NCBI RefSeq assembly: GCF_009914755.1
Contig: NC_060928.1
From: the human T2T-CHM13v2.0 reference genome, Homo sapiens
Strand: one strand, 5' to 3'
DNA length: 64,000 nucleotides
Part shown: piece by piece, positions 16,347 to 30,852 of the stretch
How positions within the stretch are numbered: position 1 is the stretch's first letter
How the letters are laid out: every line of letters starts with the position of its first letter
Position numbers and translations under genes: made by a program
Notes under the pieces: model-generated
Told to the model about the DNA's origin: nothing
The model's input: the letters and a program-made list of their open reading frames with translations, nothing else
Database searches by the model: none

Positions 16347-16970
16347 TTTTTTTTTTTTTTTTTTAAAAATAGGATCTTGGTCTCTTGTCCAGGCTGAAGT
16401 GTAGTGGTGTGGTCATAGCTCACTGCAGCTTCAAACTCCTGGGCTGAAGTAATCCTTCTGCCTCAGCCTCCCAAGCAGCTAGGACTACAAGTGCACATCA
16501 CTATGCCAGTCCTGTTTTTATTTACTTATTTATTTATTTACTATTTTTTTGAGATGGAGTCTCGCTCTGTTGCCCAGGCTGGAATGCAGTGGGACAATCT
16601 AGACTCACTGCAACCTCCGTCTCCCGGGTTCAAGCAATTCTCCTGCTTCAGCCTCCTGAGTAGCTGGGATTACAGGAGCGTGCCACCATGCTCAGCTAAT
16701 TTTTGTATTTTTAGTAGAGATGGGGTTTCACCATGTTGGTCAGGCTGGTCTTGAACTCCTGACCTCATGATTCACCTGCCTCAGCCTCCCAGAGTGTTGG
16801 GATTACAGGTGTGAGCCACCGCTCCCGGCCATGTTTTTATTTTTTATTTTGGGGAGGGGGGGGGTCTTGCTTTGTTGCCCAGGCTAGTCTTGAACTCCTG
16901 GCCTCAAACAATCCTACAGTCTCAACCTCCCAAAGCGCTGGGGTTACAGACATGTGCCACCATATCAGCC
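16347..16970 (-). mobile_element. AluJ split by a nested AluS
   Basis: Right arm at 16347-16510 and left arm at 16831-16970, separated by a younger Alu. Confidence 0.88.
16524..16830 (-). mobile_element. Alu (AluSg/Sc-like) nested in the AluJ linker
   Basis: Full dimer with gacctcatgat (2-nt deletion type); TSD tgtttttattt at 16513-16523 and 16832-16842. Confidence 0.92.
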
Positions 16971-17742
16971 CTCAGCTGGTAATTTCCATTACATATATAG
17001 TCACTTAACTTTCATTATGTTTTTCCCTAAAGTGCATACACAGGTGAAAACGAAAATGTGACATAAATAAGCAGGGTGAATATATTATAATTTTTTAAAA
17101 AATTATTACTTCTCTTACAAGTGGGAACCTTTTTTTTTTTCGCTGTTGTAGCATTCACTGGTATTTTCCTGTTAACCTCTTGGTACACATAACAAAAATT
17201 AAGTGTGTTTATTTCAACGTTATGACTTATTTATAGATTCTTATTAAACTTTGCTTCTTAACTAGAATAGAAATGAAAATAATTATCACAATAGTGAATA
17301 ATCCCTTTTGTTTTCTGTTATCTCATTATACCAATGAATATTTTGAGTATTTTGAGGATTATTTATCATACTTTTCCAATTAGAAAACGAGTTTCTTAAA
17401 GATTGTATTATTTTCTCTTAATGAGAGAGGCTGCACACAGAGGTTATTTAACAGATATTGTAGGTTAAACATCTGACTATTGTGAGTGGAGAGAAAATTA
17501 TGAGATAGAGTTTTGCTAAATGTAACAAGTAAGATGCTTAATGGACTCATGGAGTTTCTAAACTTGGCAAGATGAGTCTGTTTTAATAGGCAAATTTACC
17601 AGTTTAGAATAAGAAATATTACATTCTCATCAGTAAGTGCCCTGACAAATGGTCCAGCATTAGAAACATTTATCAATTGTTTTAATAAGGAACTGTTGTG
17701 ATATTATCAGGCAGAGGTTAAATGCTTTGCTAGAAAGACCTA

Positions 17743-18110
17743 TGTATTAGTCTGTTCTCACAATGCCATAAAAAAATACCTGAGACTGGGTAATTTATAA
17801 AGGAAAGAGGTTTAATTGACTCACAGCTCCACATGGCTGGGGAGGCCTCAGGAAACTTATAATTATGGCAGAAGGGGAAGGGGAAGCAAGGACCTTCTTC
17901 ACGTGGTGGCAGGAGAGAGAAGTGAGGATGCAGGAAAAGCTGCCATTTATAAAACCATCAGATCTCATGAGAGTTCACTCACTATTATGAGAACAGCATG
18001 GGGAAACCGCCCCCATAATCCAGTCACTTCCTACCAGGTCTCTCCTTCAACACCTGGGGATTACAATTCAGAATGAGATTTGCGTGGGGACACAAAGCCT
18101 AACCATATCA
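17743..18110 (-). mobile_element. MaLR solo LTR (THE1D/MST-like)
   Basis: tgtattagtctgttctcac...gaggtttaattgactcacag...aaccatatca with TG..CA termini. Confidence 0.92.
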
Positions 18111-18174
18111 GTCTAAAAATGTATATGTCATAAAAATTGCTTAGAAATATGTTTAGAGGTATCATAGACAGGTG

Positions 18175-18390
18175 AATAGAAAATGAGCTTTAGAGTCACA
18201 CGACCTTGGTTTGAATTCCAGCTCTGTCATTAGCTCTGTGAATTTAGCCACAGAGTAATCTCATTAAGATGTTTCTTCACTTACAAAATAAAAATAATAC
18301 TATCTCTTCATGTAAGGTTTTTATGAGGATTAACTGTAGTAATGAATAAAAAAGTAACTGGCATCAAAACGATGCACAACAAATGTAGCT
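18175..18390 (+). mobile_element. MIR
   Basis: tttagagtcac..ggtttgaattccagctctg..aaaataataatactatct-like..tgaggattaa. Confidence 0.7.
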
Positions 18391-19854
18391 TCTTTTAATT
18401 TGAAATATTAAAGTGATATATTTGATGCTGATTATTGTATGTACTGGAGATTATATTTTTCTGAATTTTTAGAAAGAAAAATCAAGGGAATTTTAAACAT
18501 CATGAAAGGCCTACTTGTTCACACAGTTTTTAAATTGTGAATGACATTTAAAAAATAATTTTCATTATGTTTTTAGGCTAAATATGTCCAATGCTTTATA
18601 GCTCTTGAAAAAATTTAGCCTGATTTTTGTTGCTGTTCTTTTGTGGTGTAATTAGTGTCCTCAGCTGAAACAAGGTGCTGGTAGCTGACCCCTTCTCTAA
18701 GGTCATGGTAGGATCTTTAGGCTTCCTTCTTATAAGTCACAGAGGTCAGGAAAAAGACATTATTGTTGGGTTGGACTTATCGCATGCTCTTATAACAGCC
18801 CATTGTTAGTGTAGAATTAACTACAGAGTTTTTATTTCTTATGTCTTGTAAAAATCAGAGCACTTTTGTAAAAATGACGATTGAACATCAAGGTAACCTT
18901 TATGTTATATTTCCAAATGGGTACATGGATCTATATATGAAGAATTTTTAGTTGAAACAGTTTATAGTGTTTCTGTTTTTGGCTCTATAACTGACTTCCT
19001 TCAGACCAACTTCATATACTCTCTCCTTCACCTTCTGGTGTTTGTGAAACAAAGGGTGAAAAGGACAAGTGCAGTGATGATTTTTAGCTCAAAATGTTGG
19101 GCTTTTCTATCTAATTTAGTTGTCCAAGAACACATTATAAAATATTTGCAACCACAAGGAATCTAATAGCCTAAGAAAAGTGAAAAAAAAGCAGCCTTTT
19201 GTGTGTTTGTTTTCTCCTTAGGGAATAACTATAAATGGAAATTAGAGATAAGATAGTTAATATTGTTCTGTAAATATTCAGTCATCCTGAAATAGTCACG
19301 CCTGTCATAGGAGGGAGAATTATTATTTACTAGGATTACAAGCCAGTTGATCAACTGACATCCTGTGGCTAATTGTGGATTGGTATTTCAAAGATAATGT
19401 AGTCTTTATTAAGCATCTGCAATTTTATAGTTACATTTCACACATTACCATTTTGATTTTTAGCAACATTTTGTCCTTAAAAATAATGTGTATGTGTGTG
19501 TGTGTATTCCTCATTTTACACATGAGGTAATTAAGGTTCAGACAAGTCAAACTTTTTTCAAGGTCGTACAGTTAAAAAGTGGCAAAATCAAATTTCAACC
19601 CTGTTTGGTTTGATTGGTTTGTTAACATGTGCCTTTGTTTCTGTACTTATCATTTTTAGTGCCTTGCTGACTAAAATACAAAGTTTACTCATTTTTATAC
19701 AATTCCTCTTATTTTTAGGAGATACAAATAAAAACACTGTAGTTAATTCTCAACTAACAATGGACTACTATAAGAGCATGTAGTAAACCCAGTCCAACAA
19801 GAATGGCTTTTGTCGGAACTCTTTTTCTCCTGTTCTCAGTAAAAATTTATTGCT

Positions 19855-19962
19855 TGAAATGTTTATTGAGTCTCTGCTGGTGCTTGGTATTCTATTTCAC
19901 TGCTGGGTACAGCAATGAAAACAGATGGATGCAATCCCTGCTTTCATAAAGCATACTTTCTA
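19855..19962 (-). mobile_element. L2 3' fragment
   Basis: tttattgag..ctgggtacagcaatgaaaaca..atccctgctttcat. Confidence 0.55.
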
Positions 19963-19974
19963 ATTCCCAACATA

Positions 19975-20540
19975 TGTACCTATGATAAAGTTTAATATAT
20001 AAATTAGGCCCAGTAAGAGATTAACAATAACTAATAATAAAATAGAACAATTATAACATCTATGTAAGAAGTTATGTGAATGTGGTCTATTTCTTTCTTT
20101 CAAAATATCTTATTGTACTGTTGATCTTAGCTAACCTCACTATAGGGTTTTTTTTTCTTTCTTTATTAGGTTGAGAACTTTCACCTTTTCACTTAAAGGA
20201 AACACTTTGCGGCTTCTCTTTGACATATCCAAATGGCCAGCATCACGGGGGCCATTATTAAGTAAAAAAAAGGTTCTTTGAACACAAGCACAGTTGATAT
20301 GATAACCTACTCAGCTACAAAATGACTAAAGGGCAGGTAGCGCCTACAGCATGAATCTGTTGGACAAAGGGATGATTCACATGAGGAACAAAGCAGGATA
20401 CTGTGAGATTTCATCATGCTCCTCAGAATGGCATATAATTTAAAACTAATGAATTGTTTATTTATGGAATATTCAAGTTAATATTTTTAGATTGCCATTG
20501 GCAGCGAGTGACTGAAACTGTGGAAAGCAAAACTGCAGCT
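19975..20540. mobile_element. DNA transposon remnant MER44 (Tigger7 family)
   Basis: tatgataaagtttaat..agagattaacaataactaataataaaatagaacaatt..ggacaaagggatgattcac..actgaaactgtggaaagcaaaactgc. Confidence 0.8.
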
Positions 20541-21479
20541 CCATCCCATAGCAAACATTAGGCATAAAATCTTTATCAAATTCTTATCTCGTACAGAGTT
20601 GAGGACAGGTAAAAGGGAACTTGTCGTAGTTGTTGATACATCCTGGTTGCTATGTGAATAATAATTCACAACAATATCGGAATAATATAGATAGAAAATA
20701 TAACAAGAAAATATATTGAAGAAAACTTGTTGTGAGAAATGCAGTGAATATTAAAGTGACTGACTTTTCACACCATCAGATTTTATTTTAAAGCATAATT
20801 TTCCATAGAATTAAACTAATCAGTTAATGTAAACATGGGATTTTTAGTTTGAAAACTGAGAAAGTATTACAGATCATTTAAAATTAGTACTGCTACTTTG
20901 AATTTGGAAAACATGTTTCTATACCAAGAGAGAATGGAAGCGACCATCTTAGTATAATGTAAATCCAGACTAAACGTATAATTAGGAATATATAATAAAT
21001 TACGTATTTATAGGGAGATATCTGGGCTATTAAATGAATTCTACAGTTATTTTAATATATAGTCAGTTTTATATATATTATATATGAATTCCTCCTTTGC
21101 ACTTCTTTTATTTTTAGACTAGCTGGTTCTTATTTATGGTTTTTTTTGAAAAAAGCATTTTTGATCTGATCTTTAGAATGAAGCAATTTCCCAACCTGTA
21201 GTGAAAGATATTATTTACCATAAATTTTCCAGTATTGCCAATATATCTTTTTTGGGTCAAAAAATACGACAGAGACAAAATTTAAAAATTATTTCAGCTG
21301 TCTACATTCATTAAATAAAATACTGGCAGGAGTTGTATATTATATTAGTTTGAATAAGTTGGGCAAATATATTTAGCTATTTCTTTGATTAGATTTATAG
21401 GTTTCAAAGTTCTATATATGCATGTGTTGAAAATAAAACACATGGTAAATTGGTAAAGGACTTTAGAAACAAGTACATA

Positions 21480-21575
21480 TAACACTGGCAGAAGGTCCTT
21501 GTCTCTCTTGCATACCATTGTTTTCCTAGGGCGTGTCACACAACAGGTCCTTAATAAATATGTATTGAATGAATG
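21480..21575 (+). mobile_element. L2 3' end
   Basis: ttaataaatatgtattgaatgaatg terminal motif. Confidence 0.55.
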
Positions 21576-21975
21576 TATTAAATTATAAAAGTAATGATGA
21601 AAAGCTGGACATAAAAAATTTCTGATGATAACTTCACATGCATTAGCAGGTTCTTAATGTCACTTGACTGTATTCCTTGCTTCTGGCTTCCTAAGTGGGT
21701 TTTGCTTTGCTGGTCCTGTACTACAGACCCTGCCTCTGAATCATGACACATTTTGTCAGTAATGTACACATCAGTATGTAGAGAGCTTCAAAAGCTTGGG
21801 CACTTAACACTAACCTTCTGCTCAGGTCCTTAGGTAAATGTTGGGTATGCGCCACCATTAAATACCCTGTAACTCTCCGATGCTACTTCTCTGCTACATC
21901 TTGTATTCTACCAAGGTCTAGAGGAGGGTGGATTTAAATGATCAATTTTCTTAGCATTGACTGATTTATGTGTAG

Positions 21976-22296
<321 letters not shown>

Positions 22297-25200
22297 TAAT
22301 TATTTTTGTTGAGTCATAGACTGCAGTAGCAAATGTCTAGATTATAATTACAGGAAAATAAAATCATTTTGTGGCAAAGACATGGCATACTTCTTTTTAA
22401 TTCCTCAAATAGTACTGTATTCCACAGGCCTACTCGTATATAACCCACCAGACAAGAAAGCTGATCTGTGTAACAACTTGAACTTCTTACTTGCCATGTT
22501 TAAAAAGGGAAGACCATCGACTAGAGACAGGGGTGGCTACCTTTAGAGATTACTAATTTTGTCAATGCAAAGCTTGCTAGGATAACAGTTGATAATATCA
22601 AATTGCTTATTAATAGTTTTATCAGGATGTAATTTACATGTTAAACAAGTCAACCATTTAAAGTATACAGTTCAATGATTTTTTAGTATATTCACAGAAT
22701 TGTGCAACTCAGAGTAAATTTTAAACCATTTTCATTACCCCCAAAAGAAATGCAATTCTTATTAGCAATCACCCACAATATTCTCCACTCTCTCCCAGCC
22801 CTGAGCAACTACTAATATATTTTCTGTCTCTATAGATTTACTTATTCTGAACACTTCATATAAATAGAACATACAATATGTGGTCTTTTGTGACTGGCTC
22901 CTTTCACTTAGCATAATGTTTTCAAGGTGCATCCATGTTGTAGCATGTATCAGTACTTTATTCCTTTTATTGCTGAATAATATTCCATTGTATGGATCTA
23001 CCACATGTATTTTTTTATTGATCCATTGATGAACATTTGAGTTATTTTCACTTTTTGGTTATTATGAATAATGCTGCTATGAACATTCATGCGCAACTGC
23101 CAACATGTTTTTCAACACACTTGCACCATTTTATATTTCCATCAGCAATGCAGGACGATTCCAGTTTCTCTACCATCTGGAGAACACTTATTAATATCAA
23201 TCTCCATTATTATAACCATCCTAGTGGGCATAAAGTGGTGCCTCATTGTGGGTTTGATTTGCATTTCCTTAATGGCTAATTATGTTGAGCATCTTTTCAT
23301 GTCCTTGGGGTCATTTATATATCTTCTTTGCATAAATATCGATTTAGATTCTTTGCCTTTTTTAAAAAAATTGGGTTGTATTTTTGAGTTGAGAGGTCCT
23401 TAAAATATTATAGATAATTTGTTATTAGATCTATGGTTTGCGAATATTTTCTTCCATTCTCTGGGCTTTTACCTTCCTGATGGTATCTTTTGCAGAACAA
23501 AGTTGGTAATTTTGATGAAGTCTAATTTATTTATATGCTTACTTTTGCTTATACATTTGGCATTGTATCTAAGAAGGTTTTGTTTAACTCAAAGTTGTTA
23601 AGATTTACTCCCATTTTCTTCTAAGACTTTTATAGCTTTAGCACTTACATTTGGGCTTAAGATCTATTTTGATTCACTTTTTGTGTAGAGTGCAGGAAAA
23701 GAAGTTAAACTTCATTGTTTTGTCCCTGGGTCTGGGACCATCTGATGAAAAGACAATTCTTTCCTCCATTGATTTTCCCTCTCACCCTTGTTAAAAATCA
23801 CCTGACCAAAAATATAAGGGCTATCTGTACTCTTGGTTCTGTTCCACTGCTTTATATATCTGTCCTTATGCCAGTATCACAGTGTCATGATTACTGTAGT
23901 TTGGTAGTAAGTTTTGAAATTGGAAACTGTGTGTTCACTAACTTTGTTCCCTTTTTCAAAATTGTTTTGGCTATTGTGGCTTCATTTTCATATGAAATTT
24001 AGCAGCAGCTTATCAATTTCTGCAATTTTAAAAAGGCAGTTGGGATTTTGACAAGGATTGTGTTGAATCTGTATCAGTTTGGGGTGATTTGTCATCTTTG
24101 TAATAACACGTGTTCTAATCAATGACCATCAAATGTCTTCAATTTCTTTCAATAATGTTCTGTCATTTTCAGAGTACAAGTATTGCACTTTTTATTAAAC
24201 TTATTCCTAGAGATTTTTTCTTGTGAATGCTACTGTAAATGGAGGACTATTTTCTTAACTCATTTTTAGATTATTTTCTACTGTATAGAGATACAATTGA
24301 TTTTGGTGTATTCATCTTGTATCTGTCAACCTTATCAAACTTGTTTATTAGTTGCAATAGTTTATTTTTGTTTGTGTATGTGTATGTGTGTTCCTTAGGA
24401 ATTATTAAAAATATAAGATCATAAGATCATTCCCTTTGCAAATAGAGGTACATTTATTTCTTTTTTTCTAATCTGGATTCCTTTATTTTATTTAAGTGTT
24501 ATAAATTTTTACTTTTTGCCTACTTGTGCTGGCTAGAATGTTCGGTATAATAATGAATAAATATGATGATATTGAACAGTCTTATTTTTTTCTAATTTTA
24601 GATGTGAAAGCATTTGGATTTTTACCAGTAGGTATAATGATAGCCAGGGATTTTTCTACACATCCTTATCAGGTTGAGGAGATGTTCTTACTAGTTTGCT
24701 GAGAGTTTTTATCATGAAAGTTGTGTTGGAATTTGTCCCATGCTGTTTCTGCATCTATAACAGAAACATGTGCTTTTTGTTCTTTAGTCGATTGATATGG
24801 TATATTATATTGATTAATTTTTGGACATTAAACCAGCATTAGATTTCTGGAAAAATTCCACTTCCTCATGGTGTATGACCTTTTTATTATGTTGCTGGAT
24901 GTTTGCTAGTATTTTGTTGAGGATTTTATATATAAAATAATAAAAGACATTGTTCTTTTCTTTATTATAGGTGTATTTAGAGTTTTCTATTTACTCTGAG
25001 TCAATTTTGGTAGTTTACATCTTTTTAGGAATTTCTCCATTTCTTCTAAGTTATGATCTGTTGGAATGCAGTTGTTCATAGTATTCCTTTTAATTCTTTT
25101 ATTTCTGTGAGGTTTGTAGTGATCTTTTATTATTTCAAAAATAATTTGAGTCTTTTCTCATTTTTCTTGCTTGTTCTTTTTAAAGGTTTGATTTTGTTGA

Positions 25201-25359
25201 TTTACTGTATTGTTTTTCTATGTTTTATTTCAGCCGTTTGTGCTGTAATCTTTATTATTTTCTTAATTCTGCTGGCTTTTAAGTTTCATTTGGTCTTCTT
25301 TGGTCAGTGTCTTAAGGTGAAAGATAATGTTATTGATGTGAGATGCTTCTTTTTAAATA

Positions 25360-25586
25360 CAGGTTGAGTATCCCGTATCTGAAATGCATGGAATTAGAAG
25401 TGCTTTGGATTTCAGATTTTTTTTAGAATTTGGAATTCTTGAATTATACAGGTTGAGCAACCCAAATCCAAAAATTTGAAATCCAAAAGTGCTCCGATGA
25501 GCATTTCTTTTGAGCATCATGTTTTTGCATAAAAACTTTCAGATTCTGGAGCATATTGTATTTTCAGATTTGAGATGCTCAACCTA
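25360..25586. mobile_element. MITE MER46/Tigger4a-like
   Basis: TIR CAGGTTGAGTATCCC...GATGCTCAACCTA with TA on both sides and an internal second CAGGTTGAG. Confidence 0.85.
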
Positions 25587-25766
25587 TATATGTTTATGGA
25601 TAGTTATAGCTCTAAGCATTGCTTAAGTTGCATCTCACAAGTTTTATTTTCTTCTTCATTAATCTCAAAGTATTTCCAATTTCTCTTTTGATTTATTTTT
25701 CTTTTTTAACACATTGGTAATATAAGAACGTGTTTTTTACTATTTATATATTTGTAAATTTTCCAA

Positions 25767-26003
25767 TTTTTTATTTTAAGATTTTTAATTTTTGTGGGTA
25801 CATATATTTAAGGGATACATGAGGTATTTTGACACAGGCATGTAATTCATAATAATCACATCATGGAAAATGGGACATCTATCCTCTCAAGCATTTATCC
25901 TTTGTGTTACAAAAATCCACTTATATTATTTTAGTTATTTTTAAATGTTCAATTAAATTATTATTGATTATAGTGCCCCTGTTGTGTTATCAAATACTAG
26001 GCC
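25767..26003 (-). mobile_element. 5'-truncated L1MA 3' end nested in the older L1
   Basis: ttttaatttttgtgggtacata..ctcaagcatttatcctttgtgttacaa; TSD aattttccaa at 25757-25766 and 26004-26013. Confidence 0.8.
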
Positions 26004-28262
26004 AATTTTCCAAATTAAAAAAATTAATTTTTAATGTTATTCCTTTGTGGCTGGAGAACATATTTTTGTATTATTTCATTTTTTCAATTGTTCAATGTGT
26101 CTATTTCTACTAACTTTTAAATTTTCATAATATATTTTGTCTGATATTAATATAGCCATTTTTGCATTCCTGTCATTTTTATTTTTATGGTATAGTTTTA
26201 CTTTCTTCGTTTTTGCATCTTGGAATCTAAAATGTGGCTCCTGTAGAAGGCATACTTTGAATTTTGTTGTTTTTATTTAGTCTGACAATCTCTTTTTGAT
26301 TGGATTATTTAATACATTCATGTTTCATATAATTGGTGATATGGTTGGATTTGTCATTTAACTTTTTGTTTGGTGTCATTTTTTCTCCACTACAGCTTTT
26401 TTCCCAGCCAATTCCTTTGTGCTATTATAAATATGTTACATTTCTATATGTCATAGGCCCAACAATATAATTATGTACATATTATTGTAAAAAATAGCTT
26501 TTAAAATCAGTTAAGAAAAGGAATGGAAAGAAATGTGCAATTGTATGTCATACTTTCTAATATGATTACCTTTACTGAAATTTTAATTTTTAGTGGGTTT
26601 CAAATTATTGTTGGGTGTCACTTGCTTTCAGCTTGAAGAATTTTTTTAGTATTTCTTGAGAAGTAGATGTGCTAGCAATGAATTCTGTTTTTGTTAATTA
26701 AAGAATGTTTTTATTCAACAACATTTTTGAAAGATTGTTTGAATATGAAATACTTGATTGAGATTTTTTTCCTTTCAACTTTGAATATGTGATCCCACTG
26801 CCTTATATTCTACATTATTTTTGGTGAAAACTCAGCTGTTATTGTTATTGGGGTTCCTTAATATGTGACAAACCATTTTTCTCTTGATGCTTTCAAGATT
26901 TTCCTTAGTCTTATTGTTGTTGTTCACTTGTTTATCTGTTTAGTGACTTTGCTCAACAACTTTGGTGAAGTCCATTTCCCCAATGGGATTCAATCTCTGA
27001 TATTGTTCCTAAGAGGCACAACCGTGGGCATGCACACACTCTGGTCTTTGTTCTCCATCAACTTCTCAAGAGATGACAGTGGATTTTAGTTAGTCTCTTT
27101 TTGATTGTCTCTTTCTTTCTTCTCCCTATTAAATTTCTAGCTAGTCTGCATCTACTGGTATCATATCCATCTGTTAGCCTTCACTAATTGCTAGCTGATT
27201 GCTCCATTGTTTTTGACAATACCTAGTGCATAGATTGCTCTACAGTCTGATCCAATTAAATTTAGGCACCTTTGCAGAGGTATTTTTTGAAATGAGACTT
27301 TGAGACTTATTCCTACCCTGGGAATGCTCTTTAGTTGTGTCTTTTCCTGGTTTTATCTGTTAAACTCTAGCTTGCTTACTGTTATATTTCTTGCTTTCAT
27401 GAAGCTATCTGTCTCCTCTTAAATTTCTCACCATCAAAATCTTTGTTCTTTACAACAGTGTCCCAAGACTTGAACTTCCCATGCCCTGTCCCAAATAAAG
27501 CCAGATCTTTTAGGAAGACCTATAGAGCATTAGTTCCTTCTGGCTTGCCTCGTTCTCTGGGCAGTACCCCTGCACCAGTGTTCCAGAGCTGGTGGTCAGG
27601 AAGTCGCTCACTTCTCTAGGAATGACAGCCTTCTCTAATGAGTAGAATGCTTGGCAGGGGCAGTAGCCTCTGTTCTTGTCAACTTGATATTATCTTGATG
27701 TTGAACCTCCACCGTAAACTTGCTGAAACAAGGACATTCAGGGCTCAGTATTATCAGCCAGCTATGCCTGGGGGTAGATCTTCCATTCTATGAGTAAGGC
27801 TGAGTAGAGGAAAGGAACAGGGATCATTTGACTGTTCTTGCCTGCAGTGGAGCTTCAGCAGCAATGGGCTGGGCAGGATGAGAAAGGCTGGTGATCAGCT
27901 CCTCCTGGGAAGAAACTGTAGCCCTAAACTTGGGTCTAGGAGGAGACAGAGCCCTGTGTTCTTGTCTGTACATGCCGATAGTAGAGCTTCCATAAAGTTG
28001 AGCTGGGTAGGAGGGAATGGGCCATGGCTCACATGCCATAGACTGTCACTTATTGAGATTTATTTGATTTTGCTGAATAAATGTTTCTCCATTTTTTGCA
28101 TGTCATTAGGGAAACTTCCTGATAATTTAAGTGGTTACTTTATATAATTTTTACCTGTTATGGTTGTTCCTCCTGTAGTGTTCTTAGCATTTACTTTCAT
28201 TTACTAAAATATCTGTATGTTTTTTAAAAGTATATGTTGATATACATATCAACATATATATC

Positions 28263-28263
<1 letters not shown>

Positions 28264-28305
<42 letters not shown>
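28264..28305 (+). repeat. (CA)n microsatellite
   Basis: About 18 pure CA units followed by one interruption. Confidence 0.98.
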
Positions 28306-29099
28306 TTTATGAACATATTGATTCTACCAGCATTTATTCTGCTTCTACCAGTAATGGTCTTCTTTTTAATTAAAATGGTAGTGTTTTTTAAAGCATAAGT
28401 CAAGCAAAATTTAGCGCTTTTCGTCAGCAAGTAACAATTCTTTTATTAAACACTATTTTCAAGTCCTTTTTCAAATACCATCAGAATTTCCATTTATTAA
28501 TTTACAAAGAAAATTATAAAAATTACATAGAACTATTTGAATAAGCATAACCATATATTTTTTTTTTCTCAGAGTGATCTACATGGGAACCACATTCACA
28601 AGTAGAAGGTTGCTTGGTGACCAGGGAATCTGCGCAATCATTAATCTTTGATGATTGGAATGATTAATGATATCAAGCCATTTTGTTTTGCCTGTCCTTT
28701 TGCATCTTCACCATCTCTGCTCTGCATTTAATAAATATGAATCATTTTATAGAAATACAGATTGTTATAAATTATGGTTATTTTAATCATAAGGATAGTA
28801 ATTCTCAAAGCTTAGTTTACAGTTTGACAATGGTAAATGAAAAATTTATATGTTCACAAAAATATTTTGCAAACATAGGATTTGTACTTTCTAACAATTT
28901 TCAGATATCTGTTTTTAAAATAAGTTTTACAAAAACTACTGATTACAGAATAGATATCTAGCCTTTAAATGCAACATATTACATAGAAATTATAGTTGTT
29001 GCAATCATCCAAAGAGGTGTAAAAAAAACACAGTTAAAGCAAGAGAAGTCTTTATAGAACAGATTGCCAGTAGTTAGTGTACAAGTATGGTAACACTTA

Positions 29100-29330
29100 A
29101 TGTTTATTTTCAGTGTTTGGGACATTATTCACTTTACATGTATAATGTCACCCAATTGTCACAATAGGTAGGAACTTGTCATTCACTTTATAGATGAGGA
29201 TACTGAAGCTCTAGATGTTTATGTAACTTATCTAAGCTAGCTAGTGATGGAACTGTGGCATTTCTAGTTAATGATAGAACTGTGGCATTTACCTTGCAGC
29301 CTAACTCTAGAGTTCTCACTCTTACTCTGC
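29100..29330 (-). mobile_element. MIR fragment
   Basis: ctttatagatgaggatactgaagct..taacttatctaag..ctaactctagag. Confidence 0.55.
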
Positions 29331-29589
29331 CACATTGTATCCAGAAGTATGCCAAAATTTTTCTTCATCTTATATAATTTGTTTTCATATTTTTCACATA
29401 TTTGTAAAGAGCATGTTTATTGACCCTGTTCCATGTCCATCTGAAGTTCTCTCTTGGTTATTTGAGTAATGGAGGAGCCAATTCCTATAGTCTCCATTCA
29501 TGCTCAAAATCTTCCTGCAGTCTTTGTGACCTGACTCATTCTTTCTATTACAAAAATATGTAATATAAACATGATTAAGATGAAGAGGA

Positions 29590-29800
29590 TATAATAGCCA
29601 AAATGTATTGTGCCAGGCATTGTTCTAGTGTCTTGTGTATGTTATCTCATTTAATCTATGGTAAAATTCTCTGGGGTGGGCATTATTGACTTAGTGATTA
29701 AGAAACTTCAAATCGGAGAAACTAACTGTGCTTTTGGCTACACAGTTTTTAAGTGTTGATTCTGAATTATGCCTGGTGATTCTGAAGACATTGCCCTTTC
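29590..29800 (-). mobile_element. MIR fragment
   Basis: tgtgccaggcattgttcta..ttatctcatttaatct..gaaactt. Confidence 0.55.
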
Positions 29801-30034
29801 CCTGTCATATTCTAAAATGTTTACTGAGTGCTGGGTCTTACATGCCCTGTGAGTAGGCTGTCAGCAGAATACTTCTCTAGAGGTAGTTATATTAAAAATA
29901 CATTAAGGTTGAGAAACTCAGAATCAGAAAGATTCATTATAAGATATAAGTTTGCATAGTTCACCTTGAGATTGCTATGGCAGGTTCATAAATGGATTGA
30001 CAAATGAAAAGTGGGTCACTGATCATTTTATTTA

Positions 30035-30369
30035 CTGTAGTTCCCCATTATCTGTGGTTTTGCTTTCCACGACTTAAGTTATCTGCAGTCAACCATGGTA
30101 TAAAAATAGTTGAATACAGTAAAATAAGACATTTTGAGAGAGAGAAAGAGGGAGCTCACATTTATATAACTTTTATTACAGTATATTGCTTTGTTTTATA
30201 ATTATTATTAATCTCATTGTTTTTCATTTATAAATTAAATTTTACCATATATATGTATGTATAAGAAAATACATAGTATTTATGACATTCCGTACTATCT
30301 GTAGTTTCAGGCATCCACTGCGGGGGGGTCTTCGAAGATATGCCTGATGGGTAAGAGAGGGATTGCTAT
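30035..30369. mobile_element. MER44A-like MITE (Tigger7 family)
   Basis: gtagttccccattatctgtggttttgctttcc..tttcaggcatccactg..ggggtctt termini. Confidence 0.8.
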
Positions 30370-30782
30370 ATTCACTGTTATGGAAAATAGTGGTGGTCTT
30401 AACAGCAGATATAAAAATTATTTGCAAATTAACAGTATGTTAACAAACAAAGGAAAGGAGATGGCATAAAATATCAGTGTCTTATGTTATAAAATGAAAT
30501 GTTATATATATATATATAGGTATATGTCTATATAAGCAATGCATCATTGCTATTCATTATCAAATACTATTCATCAAAAATGAGTGCTTATGATTCTAGG
30601 ACAGGGACCTTGTATGGTTCTTTTGTTTTTATTTATAAAACATGACACATAAAGGGCACTTGATAAATGTTTAAGGGAGCAAAAAATATTTTTTGGTGTA
30701 TTTAAAAGTCAAATGAGCAAAGCAGGGATTTATGCTGGTGGAAAAGAGATTAATTATGGTCTAAATAGCATAGCATGCTCCT

Positions 30783-30819
30783 TGTGTTAGTCCAGAGAGA
30801 GAGAGTGCCAATAGGATAC

Positions 30820-30852
<33 letters not shown>

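Larger units (their letters stand above)
22610..28180 (-). mobile_element. Old L1 (L1MB/L1M-like), fragmented, with nested insertions
   Basis: L1MB-type 3' UTR (ccatttaaagtatacagttcaatg, ctttcacttagcataatg); C-terminal ORF2-like peptide HATTWMHLENIMLSERSQ on the minus strand; ORF2 and 5' remnants extend to ~28180. Confidence 0.8.
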
